A stretch of DNA of 20,464 nt from positions 43,453-63,916 of the forward strand of contig CAXSGP010000013.1 of the NCBI GenBank assembly GCA_964236955.1, read 5' to 3'. Shown one piece after another: positions 1 to 8,813 of this stretch; position 1 is the first letter of the stretch, and each line of letters begins with the position of its first letter. The position numbers and the translations under genes are program-made. The notes below the pieces were generated by a model that did not search any database, was not told the origin of the DNA, and saw nothing but the letters and a program-made list of their open reading frames with translations. The DNA comes from an uncultured Oligoflexus sp. (GTDB lineage: Bacteria > Bdellovibrionota_B > Oligoflexia > Oligoflexales > Oligoflexaceae).

Positions 1-316
1 GTTGATAGAGCGGATTGCCTTGCGGCGGAATAAAGGCAAAAAGCCGCAAAATAGGTCCAAATTGAGCGATCAGCTTTAACTCGCCAAAGTTTACGATTGA
101 TAAGACCCCTTCGGTGGCGGATTCACCAAGAGCCTCGCCGTTGGCGACCAAACCATCGATCAGGGCTTGAACTTCCTGAGCGGTGGCAGACGGTAATTGC
201 TGGAGCACCTTATCGCTGGCGAAATGCAGGAGATGAGGACTTTGACCCGTTTCAAAGCGAACCGCTTCGGCTTTTTCGACGATGGCTTGTTTGAGGGCTT
301 TTTTGAAATTTTCCAT
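1..316 (-). CDS. 5' part of a gene running off the window edge; N-terminus resembles the PilT/PilU-type N-terminal domain
   Basis: Not in the ORF track. Manual translation from ATG at 316 (GGGAG about 9 nt upstream) is open to the window edge: MENFKKALKQAIVEKAEAVRFETGQSPHLLHFASDKVLQQLPSATAQEVQALIDGL... The spacing resembles the PilT pattern 'LL...A.SDLHL..G.PP...LP.L...EV..LI'. No ATPase motifs fall within the window. Confidence 0.6.
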   Translation of the reverse strand, partial: MENFKKALKQAIVEKAEAVRFETGQSPHLLHFASDKVLQQLPSATAQEVQALIDGLVANGEALGESATEGVLSIVNFGELKLIAQFGPILRLFAFIPPQGNPLYQ

Positions 317-345
317 ACGGCTATGCTCCCATGAATGCATCTCTG

Positions 346-372
346 CTATCGGCAGCCACCGTAAGAATTAAA
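346..372 (-). promoter_or_regulatory. possible sigma28 (FliA)-like promoter
   Basis: Minus strand reads TTTAATTC-N11-GCCGATAG about 30 nt upstream of the ATG at 316. The -10 matches GCCGATAA at 7/8; the -35 is poor. Confidence 0.3.
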
Positions 373-405
373 GAGAGCCGATTTTGGCCGTTTCCCAAAA
401 TCGGC
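363..405 (-). terminator. intrinsic terminator-like hairpin after the yitJ-like gene
   Basis: Perfect 11-bp inverted repeat GCCGATTTTGG (377-387) / CCAAAATCGGC (395-405), followed on the minus strand by TCTCTTTAATTCTT. Confidence 0.7.
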
Positions 406-436
406 CCTTTCCTGAGTATCTTCAAAAGCCAAGTGA

Positions 437-2332
437 CTAACGTTTTACACCCGTAAGGACCTCTAGCGCCAACTCAACTCGGCCGAAGGGTGCCGAGACC
501 TGAAAGCCTTGGACGTCATTCCCCAATTCTGTAACCATGGTCCGCGCGATTTCCACCCCCACTTTTCGGGCATCCTCAGCCGTCTGAGGCACAGCCATTT
601 TTTTCATGACAGCATCTGGAATGAAAACGCCGGGAACTTCGTTATGCATAAACTGAGCATTCCGATAACTCATCAAGGGCCAGATCCCGGCCACGATGGG
701 AATCTTGATATTGTGTTTCTCAATGTATTCCATAAAGCGATAGAGAGCCTTGAGATCAAACACAGGCTGCGTGATCGCCCACTCCGCTCCCGCTTCAACC
801 TTATAGGCAAAGCGCTTCATTTCGTAGTCAAAGTCAGCATGCACGGGATTGACTCCGACCCCTACCGATAATGCCGTCGGCTCACCGATGGGCCGCGACC
901 CCAGATCGATACCATCGTTCAATCGCTTCACCATATTCGTCAAGCCGATCGCATCGATATCAAATACCCCCGTAGCGTTGGGATAACTTCCCATTTTGGG
1001 GGGATCGCCTGTTACGAGCAAAACGTTACGCAGTCCAATCGCATGAGCGCCGAGCATATCCGACTGCATTCCAAGCAGATTGCGGTCCCGGCAGGTGTAG
1101 TGCAAAACCGTTTCGATCTCGGCCTGCTGCTCTATCATCACCGCAGTAAGAATCGCACTCATCCGGGCACTGGCACGCGGACCATCGGGAATATTCACGG
1201 CATCGACGCCAGCGGCCTTGAGGCGCGCAGAACTTTCCAGGATCTTGGTCGGCACCACGCCTGCCGGCGGCAGCAGTTCAACGCTCGTAACAACCTCGCC
1301 CAAAGCGATTTTTCGACTCCATTGGGATTTCTCTATCAGGGGCACGGGCGTGCAACTGCTGAGCGGAGTCGTCAAAAGTTTCGATTCTTCGTTGCCAATC
1401 ACTTCGATGCGATGCGAATAGTTTGCTTCTTCGGCATTGCGCATCGCCCGTTGATGCCGAAAGGATTGCGCCATGGCCCGAATGTGTTCAGGCGATGTCC
1501 CGCAGCAACCACCGACGTAAAGCACGCCGGCCTGTAGAAAGTGTTTGGTGAACTCGGCCATGTATTCGGGCGTGCACATGTAAAGGGTTCGGCCATCCAC
1601 TTCTTTGGGCAGACCAGCGTTAGGCTGCACGATAAACGGTATGGTCAAACCGGGCATAATCCGTTGAATAAGAGTTAAGAGGGGCTGCGGCCCCACTGAG
1701 CAGTTAAAACCAGCAGCATCGACACCCCATTCGACAATTTTTTTAATGGCCCAATCCGCGGGTGTACCAAAAGGCATATTGCCTTCCGTATCCACAGTGA
1801 TTTCAGCCATGATAGGAATATGCGGCGCGGCTTCCTGGGCTGCAAGAATCGCCTGTTGAAGTTCGCTTATATCGCCAAAGGTCTCGAGGGAAAAGACATC
1901 GACCCCCCCTTCATGCAGGCCTCTCATTTGCTCGGAAAAGGCCGCCTTGGCCTCGTCAAAGCTAGTCGGGCCCCAGGGCTCCATCCGAACGCCCAAGGGT
2001 CCTACCGATCCTGCGACAAAGCCTTTTTCACCGATAGCCTGACGAGCCAGCTGCGCAGCTTTCTTATTGATTGAACGCGTCTCTTCCTGCAGATTGTGTT
2101 TTTGCAGCTTAAAGCGATTCGCACCCCAACTGTTGGTGCTGACCACCTCGGCTCCGGCCTTTACGTAATCATTGTGCAGTTCGAGAATCAGGGTGGGGCT
2201 TGAAAGATTGGCATCTTCAAAGCAGCGATTGATGAATATTCCACGATTGTAGAGCTCGGTCCCGGTCGCCCCATCAAATAACAGGGGGATTCTCTTATCA
2301 AGGGCTTCACGAAAGCTTTTTGGTAATTCCAT
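437..2332 (-). CDS. yitJ: bifunctional homocysteine S-methyltransferase / 5,10-methylenetetrahydrofolate reductase
   Basis: N-terminal Hcy-binding barrel (FDGATGT, GSVGP, LETF, GFNCS, QPNAGLP, GGCCG Zn ligands) fused to an MTHFR domain (VELLPP, IPDGPRA, HYTCRDRN, VTGDPP, AITQPVF); 631 aa. Confidence 0.93.
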   Translation of the reverse strand: MELPKSFREALDKRIPLLFDGATGTELYNRGIFINRCFEDANLSSPTLILELHNDYVKAGAEVVSTNSWGANRFKLQKHNLQEETRSINKKAAQLARQAIGEKGFVAGSVGPLGVRMEPWGPTSFDEAKAAFSEQMRGLHEGGVDVFSLETFGDISELQQAILAAQEAAPHIPIMAEITVDTEGNMPFGTPADWAIKKIVEWGVDAAGFNCSVGPQPLLTLIQRIMPGLTIPFIVQPNAGLPKEVDGRTLYMCTPEYMAEFTKHFLQAGVLYVGGCCGTSPEHIRAMAQSFRHQRAMRNAEEANYSHRIEVIGNEESKLLTTPLSSCTPVPLIEKSQWSRKIALGEVVTSVELLPPAGVVPTKILESSARLKAAGVDAVNIPDGPRASARMSAILTAVMIEQQAEIETVLHYTCRDRNLLGMQSDMLGAHAIGLRNVLLVTGDPPKMGSYPNATGVFDIDAIGLTNMVKRLNDGIDLGSRPIGEPTALSVGVGVNPVHADFDYEMKRFAYKVEAGAEWAITQPVFDLKALYRFMEYIEKHNIKIPIVAGIWPLMSYRNAQFMHNEVPGVFIPDAVMKKMAVPQTAEDARKVGVEIARTMVTELGNDVQGFQVSAPFGRVELALEVLTGVKR

Positions 2333-2512
2333 AGCTCAATTCCCGATTGGATCGTCTGACAAGAGTCTCCCGCTCACTCTTAATCAATGGCATTAAGACG
2401 ATAGTGCAATAATGGGCCTATACTAATGTTTTTGATTGGGAATGAAAAGAGGCTTACCGGTTTTACCCCTTAGATATATCGGTGACACCGCCCCCATGCG
2501 GCCCGCAAGGCG

Positions 2513-2544
2513 AAAAAAAAGATCCAGTGTGACCTGAATCCTTT
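2513..2544 (-). terminator. intrinsic terminator after the TPR lipoprotein gene
   Basis: Minus strand reads AGGATTCAG-gtcaca-CTGGATCTT followed by a run of T (8 T in total), about 22 nt after the stop at 2567. Confidence 0.75.
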
Positions 2545-2566
2545 GCTCCGTCTAGACTATGCAAGC

Positions 2567-3565
2567 TTATTTAGCCTCCATCGCCGCTTCGATCTCGTCG
2601 GCCTTTACATCGGAAAGCGGCTTATCTTTCTTCTTGCCGGCAGCGCGCGCGGCCTGGGCCTTGTCCTTAGGACTGCCGTAGACCTGCGCCTGAATGCGGC
2701 GTAGCAGGAAATTAGCTTTACGCTGCATCTCTATATTCTTGGCTTCCGTATCGTTCAGCATGGCCTGCAGGTTGTCCATCGCCGCCTGGTTATCATTGCG
2801 GCCGTATTTCGCAACAAGAGCGAGGTAATAGCGCGCAAATGGATTGTGCTTGTCACTGTCGAGAACATCATGAAAAGCTTCTTCAGCTTTGGCATAATCC
2901 TGGAGTCGCGCCAAGGCAATGCCATAGCCCAGTCCCGCCTGGGTACATTTTCCGCAGCGGGAATAGACGGCGTGGAAGACATCGCGCGAGGCTTCCAAAT
3001 TGCCCATTTCCAGGTGCAGCTGAGCGAGATTCATTCCACTTGCGATCTGCGTCTCCGAGGCATTGAAAGCCGATTCAAAGTAGCGAATGGCTTCCTTGAA
3101 ATCTTCGAACGTGGCCCCGGGCCGACTCATCTCGGCCAGACCCAGAATGTTTTTGACCTCGGGATTACCGGGATGATATTTATCCAAAAGCTTGGCGTAA
3201 TAGCCCGCGAGGCTGTAGTTCTGCTTCATGGTCAAAGCCAAGGCCAAAACGGTGATGGCGGTCTCATCCTGGGGATGATTTTCCAGATACTTTCGGGCAT
3301 CGGCGATGGCAATGTCCCATTCCGCAGCTCCAAGATTGGCATAGAGTCTCACGAGTTCACTCTTCGAGCTGTTGCGCAGGGATACCCAGCGATCCCGGGA
3401 GATTTGCTTCATCAGGGTTTTGCCTGAGGTTTGCAGGACGATGGGATCCTCGGCAAAGCCCATTTTGATGCCTGAAACCTCTTTCGAGGCGTTCGAGGTC
3501 GTTCCCGTCGTATTGCAGCCGTGGGCTAAGAGTAAGCTCGTGGCGATCAAAATTTTCTTAAACAT
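2567..3565 (-). CDS. TPR-repeat lipoprotein, GltE/AglT-like
   Basis: Start moved from 3622 to ATG 3565, which has AAGGAG upstream. Lipoprotein-type signal MFKKILIATSLLLAHG-C, then tandem TPR helices (NILGLA, MNLAQLHLEMGNLEAS, GYGIALARLQDYAKAEEAF, YYLALV); 332 aa. The GltE likeness is inferred from architecture and from its position after the GltD-like gene. Confidence 0.8.
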   Translation of the reverse strand: MFKKILIATSLLLAHGCNTTGTTSNASKEVSGIKMGFAEDPIVLQTSGKTLMKQISRDRWVSLRNSSKSELVRLYANLGAAEWDIAIADARKYLENHPQDETAITVLALALTMKQNYSLAGYYAKLLDKYHPGNPEVKNILGLAEMSRPGATFEDFKEAIRYFESAFNASETQIASGMNLAQLHLEMGNLEASRDVFHAVYSRCGKCTQAGLGYGIALARLQDYAKAEEAFHDVLDSDKHNPFARYYLALVAKYGRNDNQAAMDNLQAMLNDTEAKNIEMQRKANFLLRRIQAQVYGSPKDKAQAARAAGKKKDKPLSDVKADEIEAAMEAK

Positions 3566-3611
3566 ATGGTAGCTCCTTTCGAATTCAGAAGGTAACTCAG
3601 CCGATGCCCGA

Positions 3612-6560
3612 TCACGGTTCAACTTTTATTGGTATCCATTGAATATAGCCGCTACCGGTCGCGCCGTGGCTACGCTCAAGATTGCTGTCGCTGCTGTTGA
3701 CGACTATCTCTTGGGAGCCTTCAGGAGTCGTTTCGCCCTTTTCAGAAATTCCCAAAGCAATGGATTCGGCCCGCGCCGCAGCTTTCCCAAAGGCATTGAT
3801 AACGGCAAGTTTTTGATTCTCAAAAGCCCTCACGGTCTTTTCATCGAGGGTTTGGGCAATGCTCAAATTCTCTATTGATGTCAGACTGTTACGAGTGCTC
3901 TCTGAGAGCCGCAGCATCGCCTGGCCACAGTATGTCGTCATCCCAAGCGCACAGACCCGGTCATAGGCAGCCTGGGTCTTTTGAAAGATCGTGTATTGAG
4001 CGGTCAGTGTTTTAAGCGGATCGGTCTGCGCCAGGTTAAAAATCTCCTGCTTGGTTTCCACGGCTTGTTTCTCAGCGATGAGGAAACGCAGTTGAGCCAG
4101 AGATTCGATCACGCCGCGCTCGTTGACATTGAGTTTGGAAAGCGTGGCTTCAACCTGACGAATCTTGTTGATATCGCCAGACTTAGCCGCGCGGCGCGCA
4201 TCAAAGCTGACAACCCGAGCGACGATCAAGGGATCCTCCTTGGAAATCTCCCTAGCCTTGGCTGCGCCCCAGAGAGCATACTTGGCATCACCATAACGTT
4301 CTTCGATGGCCATGATGGCAAGCGCCGAATTGATACGATCAGCCTTGGCAACCCTTGTATCCTCAGCATGCGCAGCATGCAGACGAACCGCATTACCGTA
4401 GAGTTCGCGACCCATATAGAGTTCGGCCAAAGTCATGCGAATGCCCGGAACTTTTGGATCCTTGGGAAAACGCTCGGTGAATTTCTGATAGAAAAAGATC
4501 GACTGGTCCTCCCAGGCCATCGGCACAGTCCAGTCGCCGCCAAAGAGCAAGGCGTCATGATCATAAGGCGAAACCGGATATTCGTTGACAAGCGCCAATA
4601 GCGTTTCAACCGAAGGGGGATGCTTATTGTCGTTATGATAGGCCTTGGCGAGAACAAACATGCCCTCGACCCGTCGCTTGTCGCTTCGGTACTTCTTGGT
4701 GAATTCGGCAAGCTTGTCCGAAGCCGGCCCAAAGCGCTTTTGCGCGAAGTGTTCACGGCCGCCTTCAAACAGGGCATCACCCAACATGGCCACCGAATCA
4801 AGGCTGCGTTTGCCAAATATCGGGGTCAACCTTGCCTTAATGGTCAGGCGTGCGACGTCTTCAAGTTTTTGCCAGCTGCGGGAACTCTGATAAGAGGCCA
4901 GCATCATGCCGGCGGCAAGTTGAGCGGGTCTGCCCTGGGAATTTTTCTCGAGATTTTTCGTCCAGACCTGGAAGGCCTTGGCACCGTTATTGACGTTTAT
5001 CAAGAGCAATCCGTGGTGGGCAAGGTCATCCCAGTTGCCGGTGGCAGCAAAACGTTCCTCATACATTGCGGCCAGCGAGCTGCGTGCGGCCGCATTCTTT
5101 TTAGGCATTCCATCCCAAGGCGCCGCAACGGGCCAGTCCGCGAGCACTCTTTGGGAAGCTATGGCTGCCAGCAAAAACTCCTGGGCTTTGGATCCGGATC
5201 CTTCCCTTTTGAGTTCCATGAAGGTTCGGACAGCTTCAGCATGCTGATTGTTCAGAGCGTAGATACGGCCCAATTCGCTACGGAAATTGACTTTATCCGC
5301 AGGTACCACCCGACCGGCGATATAGGTGTTGAGTATGGAAATGGTCTGGGAGCGCAGCGGTTTGGTGGCGTTGCTCTTCTTCGATGCGGCGACCAGGCTC
5401 GTAACGAAGCCTTTATATCGACCGGCGATACGTGCCAGAGAGGCCTGAGCCGCCGCTTCCTGGCCTTTGCCCATCGACGTCTTGTCGCTCATTATTTCGA
5501 GCGCATTAATCAAGGCCTTTTCATAGCTTGCATAGGACTTGCCGCTGCCGCTGTTGCTCTCTTCGAGTTCAAGAATGCGTTCCAGCACTGGCGCGAGCAG
5601 GGGCGTGCCGCGGTTCACTTCGACGATGGATCGATAAAACGCCAGCAATGGTACCGAATTCTTGCCGGCGGTCTGCAGGATGGCCCGTTCTTTCACGGCA
5701 CGGCTGATAGCCAGATCCGCATGACTTTTAAGATCAAAAGGCAGTTTGATGTAATCAATTTTACCTTTGTTACGGGTGGTCCAGAGTTGAAGGGCATAGG
5801 CTATGGTATTTTCACGATCGACGCGAGGCAACTTCGTGGCGGCCTTCACGACTTTATTCAACAGAGCGCCGGTCGCTGGAAGCTTTTCTATTTTGGCCAG
5901 AAACAGATTGCCGGCGACTTGTCCCGATGCACCGAGGGCCGCCATATATTGGGCCAGGGATTTGCGCATCGCTTCGCTGTCTCCGGGATCACTTTTAATA
6001 AGGGTCAGCAAATCCAGACGAAGACTGCGGTCTTTGCCGAGGACCTTGCGGGCTTTGTTTAACGAAGCGAAACCACTCGCATCGCCTGCATTGATCTGAT
6101 TGATGCCCATGAGATAGAGCGCCTGACCCTGTTCGGTGGGACGGCTTTTGACCAATTCCGTAGCATAACGCGTGGCTTCACTGCGGTTGCGCTGAAGGGC
6201 AGCGGCAATATCTCGTTCCGAACTTGGCACGCGACCGGCCCGGGCATCTTCATAAAAGTAGCCAAGCCTCGCATGGGCTTTCATAAGGCCTTCAATCAAC
6301 TCGAGCTTTCGGGTCGGATCGGCTTTTAGGAGACCCTCCGCATCACCTTTGCACTGAGCGGTAATCCTTAGGGCTTCGCCATCATCGGCTATCTGCTCAA
6401 ACGCAAGCTCGGGATCGCGCATGGCTTCCTGCAGCATAGGAATTTCGGGCGATGGCTTGGCCAAGGGAAGAACCGGCCCCAAGGCAAAGGCCTGACCTGC
6501 CGAGAGGCTTAAGCACAGGCTAGCGAGTACCTGTACGATGTGTCTGTGCAGCTGTTTCAC
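3612..6560 (-). CDS. large exported TPR protein, GltD/AgmU-like
   Basis: GTG start with GGGAG RBS; Sec signal ending AFA; many TPR/CpoB-like repeats (ALFEGGREHF..KRF..A...F.KKY, LVNEYP.S, FTERFPKD). The C-terminal segment (AAYDRVCALG...AMLRLSE...LSIAQTLDEK..RAFENQ) recalls the GltD/AgmU C-terminal region, from memory of the family; 982 aa. Confidence 0.75.
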   Translation of the reverse strand: MKQLHRHIVQVLASLCLSLSAGQAFALGPVLPLAKPSPEIPMLQEAMRDPELAFEQIADDGEALRITAQCKGDAEGLLKADPTRKLELIEGLMKAHARLGYFYEDARAGRVPSSERDIAAALQRNRSEATRYATELVKSRPTEQGQALYLMGINQINAGDASGFASLNKARKVLGKDRSLRLDLLTLIKSDPGDSEAMRKSLAQYMAALGASGQVAGNLFLAKIEKLPATGALLNKVVKAATKLPRVDRENTIAYALQLWTTRNKGKIDYIKLPFDLKSHADLAISRAVKERAILQTAGKNSVPLLAFYRSIVEVNRGTPLLAPVLERILELEESNSGSGKSYASYEKALINALEIMSDKTSMGKGQEAAAQASLARIAGRYKGFVTSLVAASKKSNATKPLRSQTISILNTYIAGRVVPADKVNFRSELGRIYALNNQHAEAVRTFMELKREGSGSKAQEFLLAAIASQRVLADWPVAAPWDGMPKKNAAARSSLAAMYEERFAATGNWDDLAHHGLLLINVNNGAKAFQVWTKNLEKNSQGRPAQLAAGMMLASYQSSRSWQKLEDVARLTIKARLTPIFGKRSLDSVAMLGDALFEGGREHFAQKRFGPASDKLAEFTKKYRSDKRRVEGMFVLAKAYHNDNKHPPSVETLLALVNEYPVSPYDHDALLFGGDWTVPMAWEDQSIFFYQKFTERFPKDPKVPGIRMTLAELYMGRELYGNAVRLHAAHAEDTRVAKADRINSALAIMAIEERYGDAKYALWGAAKAREISKEDPLIVARVVSFDARRAAKSGDINKIRQVEATLSKLNVNERGVIESLAQLRFLIAEKQAVETKQEIFNLAQTDPLKTLTAQYTIFQKTQAAYDRVCALGMTTYCGQAMLRLSESTRNSLTSIENLSIAQTLDEKTVRAFENQKLAVINAFGKAAARAESIALGISEKGETTPEGSQEIVVNSSDSNLERSHGATGSGYIQWIPIKVEP

Positions 6561-6655
6561 GACTACTCCCTTCTAAAAGCCCGTCGAAGGCTCCACGTTA
6601 ACAGACCTAGGCGATCTGAATCTATCCAAGCGATCTCAACTCTAACTCTCACTGC

Positions 6656-8572
6656 CTAATGCGCTTCTGTCTCAACTTCATCCGCTGGAGGGTCCGCGTG
6701 GTGAGTTCCATTGTGCATCTCTTTGTAGGTCTTCAATTGTTCCGTGAAGATCGTTCCCTGTTTTTCGATTGGCGATCTCAGCTTTGTAGCCAAGACTAAA
6801 GCAAGAGCTATACCGAGAATGAAGCCGGCAAATATTTTCCACTCCTTGGGGATATTAAGGATCAATTGCCAAAGGGAATCAAAAAGTTCGGCAACCCGAC
6901 TTTCCTGATAATTCCTGTCGATAACTATGTGATCTTCCAGAGGCCGCATTGCAGTCTCGACAGCGACAAGAGTCTGGGCACTGGCAGAAGTCCCTGGAAT
7001 ATCGCGGATGGAACGGGCAATCTCAGTCCGCATTGGCCCCGCTCCGTGAATCTCGGGCATGATCCCTGTGCCAGGCCCGTAAGCGGGACTGAGCTCACGA
7101 ATGGGGTCAGGCATCGCCTCCCGGGCAAGTTCCCGCAAAGGCTCACGAATCGGCGAAGATCCAGCCTGCTTGGGCGCGAGTTGATCGCTGTACATGTCAA
7201 CGAGTTGGACGGCGAGCCCATCTCTTTCCGCACGCGGCAGGTCAACGATTATAGCCCGCGCATGGTAGGGGAACTCCTTGAGATCCAGCTGATGATTGCC
7301 ATCCCAGCTGTCTATAACTTTACCATGGATCTTATGTTGAACAGCCTGCTGAAACACAGGAGCATCAAGCCCAAAGATGCCAAAGCGGCCCAAAGGCAGA
7401 CTGGTAGCCAGTTCCACGGAGTCGGGATGAAGGCTTAAGATGCGCGCCGCAATATTGAGAGTGCCGAACGAAAGTGCGTGGTTCTTTGGAATCTGCGTGG
7501 CATCAAGGTTCACGGCCTTCGGCGCACCCAGGGTTTGCTCAAAATAGAGCGGATAATCAATAGGAACGCTCGTCAGCGGCAGCAGGCGATGGGAGGCACT
7601 GACCGCAAGATTCGCGGTTTCGCCGATAACGAAGACGGGGATTTTAGTATCGAGGTTTTTCAGCATCTCATCAAAATTGGCCTTATAGACCCCGAGACAC
7701 ATCTTATCTTCGATGATAATGGCATCGGGAGAGATATAGCGTGGCTCCTGAATCATATTGTTCCTGTTGAGAGCGACCGTAAGCTGGAAACGATCCTGAG
7801 GAAGTTTTTTGACCAAAGTATTGCGGACATCCCGGCTTCTGATAATGGCATAAAAGCGATAATGCGCAAGCGAGCCCTGGGCCTTCATAAAATCATCAAG
7901 CAGAGCCTTTCGGTTCTTTTGGGCAGCCGACACTTCCCAATGACAAAGGAGGGCCTCGGAATAGCGAAAATGCAGATGACTGCGATAGCGGTTGAGCACC
8001 TTCAATCGCACCGTCTTCACACCGAGCAGTTCGGCAAGGCCGCCGCTCAGCGATAATTCCGTTCCTACCGGAGGGGTGAGCCGGGACTCCAGCCAGAGTT
8101 TGTTGGCCGTGATCCAGGCCAATCGACCCGGAACCTGGACCGAAGCGATGCTCTGCATCGACATCCGCGGATGGGGTGGCGTCAGTTCCGTTGGTCGGCC
8201 GGATGAGGCAAAGGCATAACGACGAAGCCAATGTGCTTCCTGCAGATCGACGGGAATGATGTCGCGAAAACCTAAATCCACAGCTTTTTGCACCAGCCCG
8301 GGTCGACTCTTGCTGATCGACAGGATAAATCTTACCCCAGAATATTCGGGATGAATGCTGAGACGCATCATAGTCGCCTCAAGGTTGGGGTCGTCATGCT
8401 CATCACCGATGATTATGGTATTGAGGCGCGTGTCAGCGTAGTTACGGATCAGGGCTGCGAAGTCGTGAAGAATTCTGACCGATATATGGTACTTCTGCAA
8501 AAGCTGAATCTTTTGCAAAACATCTGCGCTTGGTTGATGACATACCCAGTAGATCTCTTTGGTTGAAGACAT
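6656..8572 (-). CDS. membrane-anchored protein with two degenerate receiver-like + PilZ-like beta units
   Basis: Likely start ATG 8572 (GAAGGGA upstream), 638 aa. Receiver-like segments (NTIIIGD...VRFILSI...VQKAVDLGFRDIIP; SPDAIIIED...IPVFVIG) are each followed by a beta-rich segment. A Pro-rich linker and one C-terminal hydrophobic helix (IFAGFILGIALALVLA) follow. The CDS call is confident; the domain calls are inference. Confidence 0.7.
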   Translation of the reverse strand: MSSTKEIYWVCHQPSADVLQKIQLLQKYHISVRILHDFAALIRNYADTRLNTIIIGDEHDDPNLEATMMRLSIHPEYSGVRFILSISKSRPGLVQKAVDLGFRDIIPVDLQEAHWLRRYAFASSGRPTELTPPHPRMSMQSIASVQVPGRLAWITANKLWLESRLTPPVGTELSLSGGLAELLGVKTVRLKVLNRYRSHLHFRYSEALLCHWEVSAAQKNRKALLDDFMKAQGSLAHYRFYAIIRSRDVRNTLVKKLPQDRFQLTVALNRNNMIQEPRYISPDAIIIEDKMCLGVYKANFDEMLKNLDTKIPVFVIGETANLAVSASHRLLPLTSVPIDYPLYFEQTLGAPKAVNLDATQIPKNHALSFGTLNIAARILSLHPDSVELATSLPLGRFGIFGLDAPVFQQAVQHKIHGKVIDSWDGNHQLDLKEFPYHARAIIVDLPRAERDGLAVQLVDMYSDQLAPKQAGSSPIREPLRELAREAMPDPIRELSPAYGPGTGIMPEIHGAGPMRTEIARSIRDIPGTSASAQTLVAVETAMRPLEDHIVIDRNYQESRVAELFDSLWQLILNIPKEWKIFAGFILGIALALVLATKLRSPIEKQGTIFTEQLKTYKEMHNGTHHADPPADEVETEAH

Positions 8573-8794
8573 GATTAATCCCTTCTTCAGCAAGGGTTCA
8601 TCGGCCGCATTACGGCGAAAGTGTAGGCTTTCGTCAATTGACTGCGCCCTGGTCAGTCCCCAGCCTCGCTCAATGACTCGCAAAATTGGCGATATTTATC
8701 GCTTGTGAAAAACTTTGACAAGGAGTCGGTTCCAAGGGTCATGGCGAGGCGGATGGCGCAGACTCACCCGACTAGCCTTTAACGACCCTACCTG

Positions 8795-8803
8795 TGCTAA
8801 ACT
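8795..8803 (+). promoter_or_regulatory. candidate extended -10 promoter element for the motAB leader
   Basis: TG-C-TAAACT lies 10 nt before the long leader stem starting at 8814; no good -35. Confidence 0.35.
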
Positions 8804-8813
8804 AAAGCTGTAT

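Noticed and set aside
97..294. 65-aa + strand ORF
   Set aside because: It overlaps the better-supported minus-strand gene starting at 316.
3981..6062. Long + strand ORFs (206 aa and 480 aa) opposite the TPR gene
   Set aside because: These are antisense shadows of a GC-rich coding strand with no motifs or RBS. The same applies to the other short antisense or overlapping ORFs in the track.
8686..8703. sigma54-like TTGGCG...GC promoter
   Set aside because: The GG-to-GC spacing is 11 nt instead of the strictly required 10.
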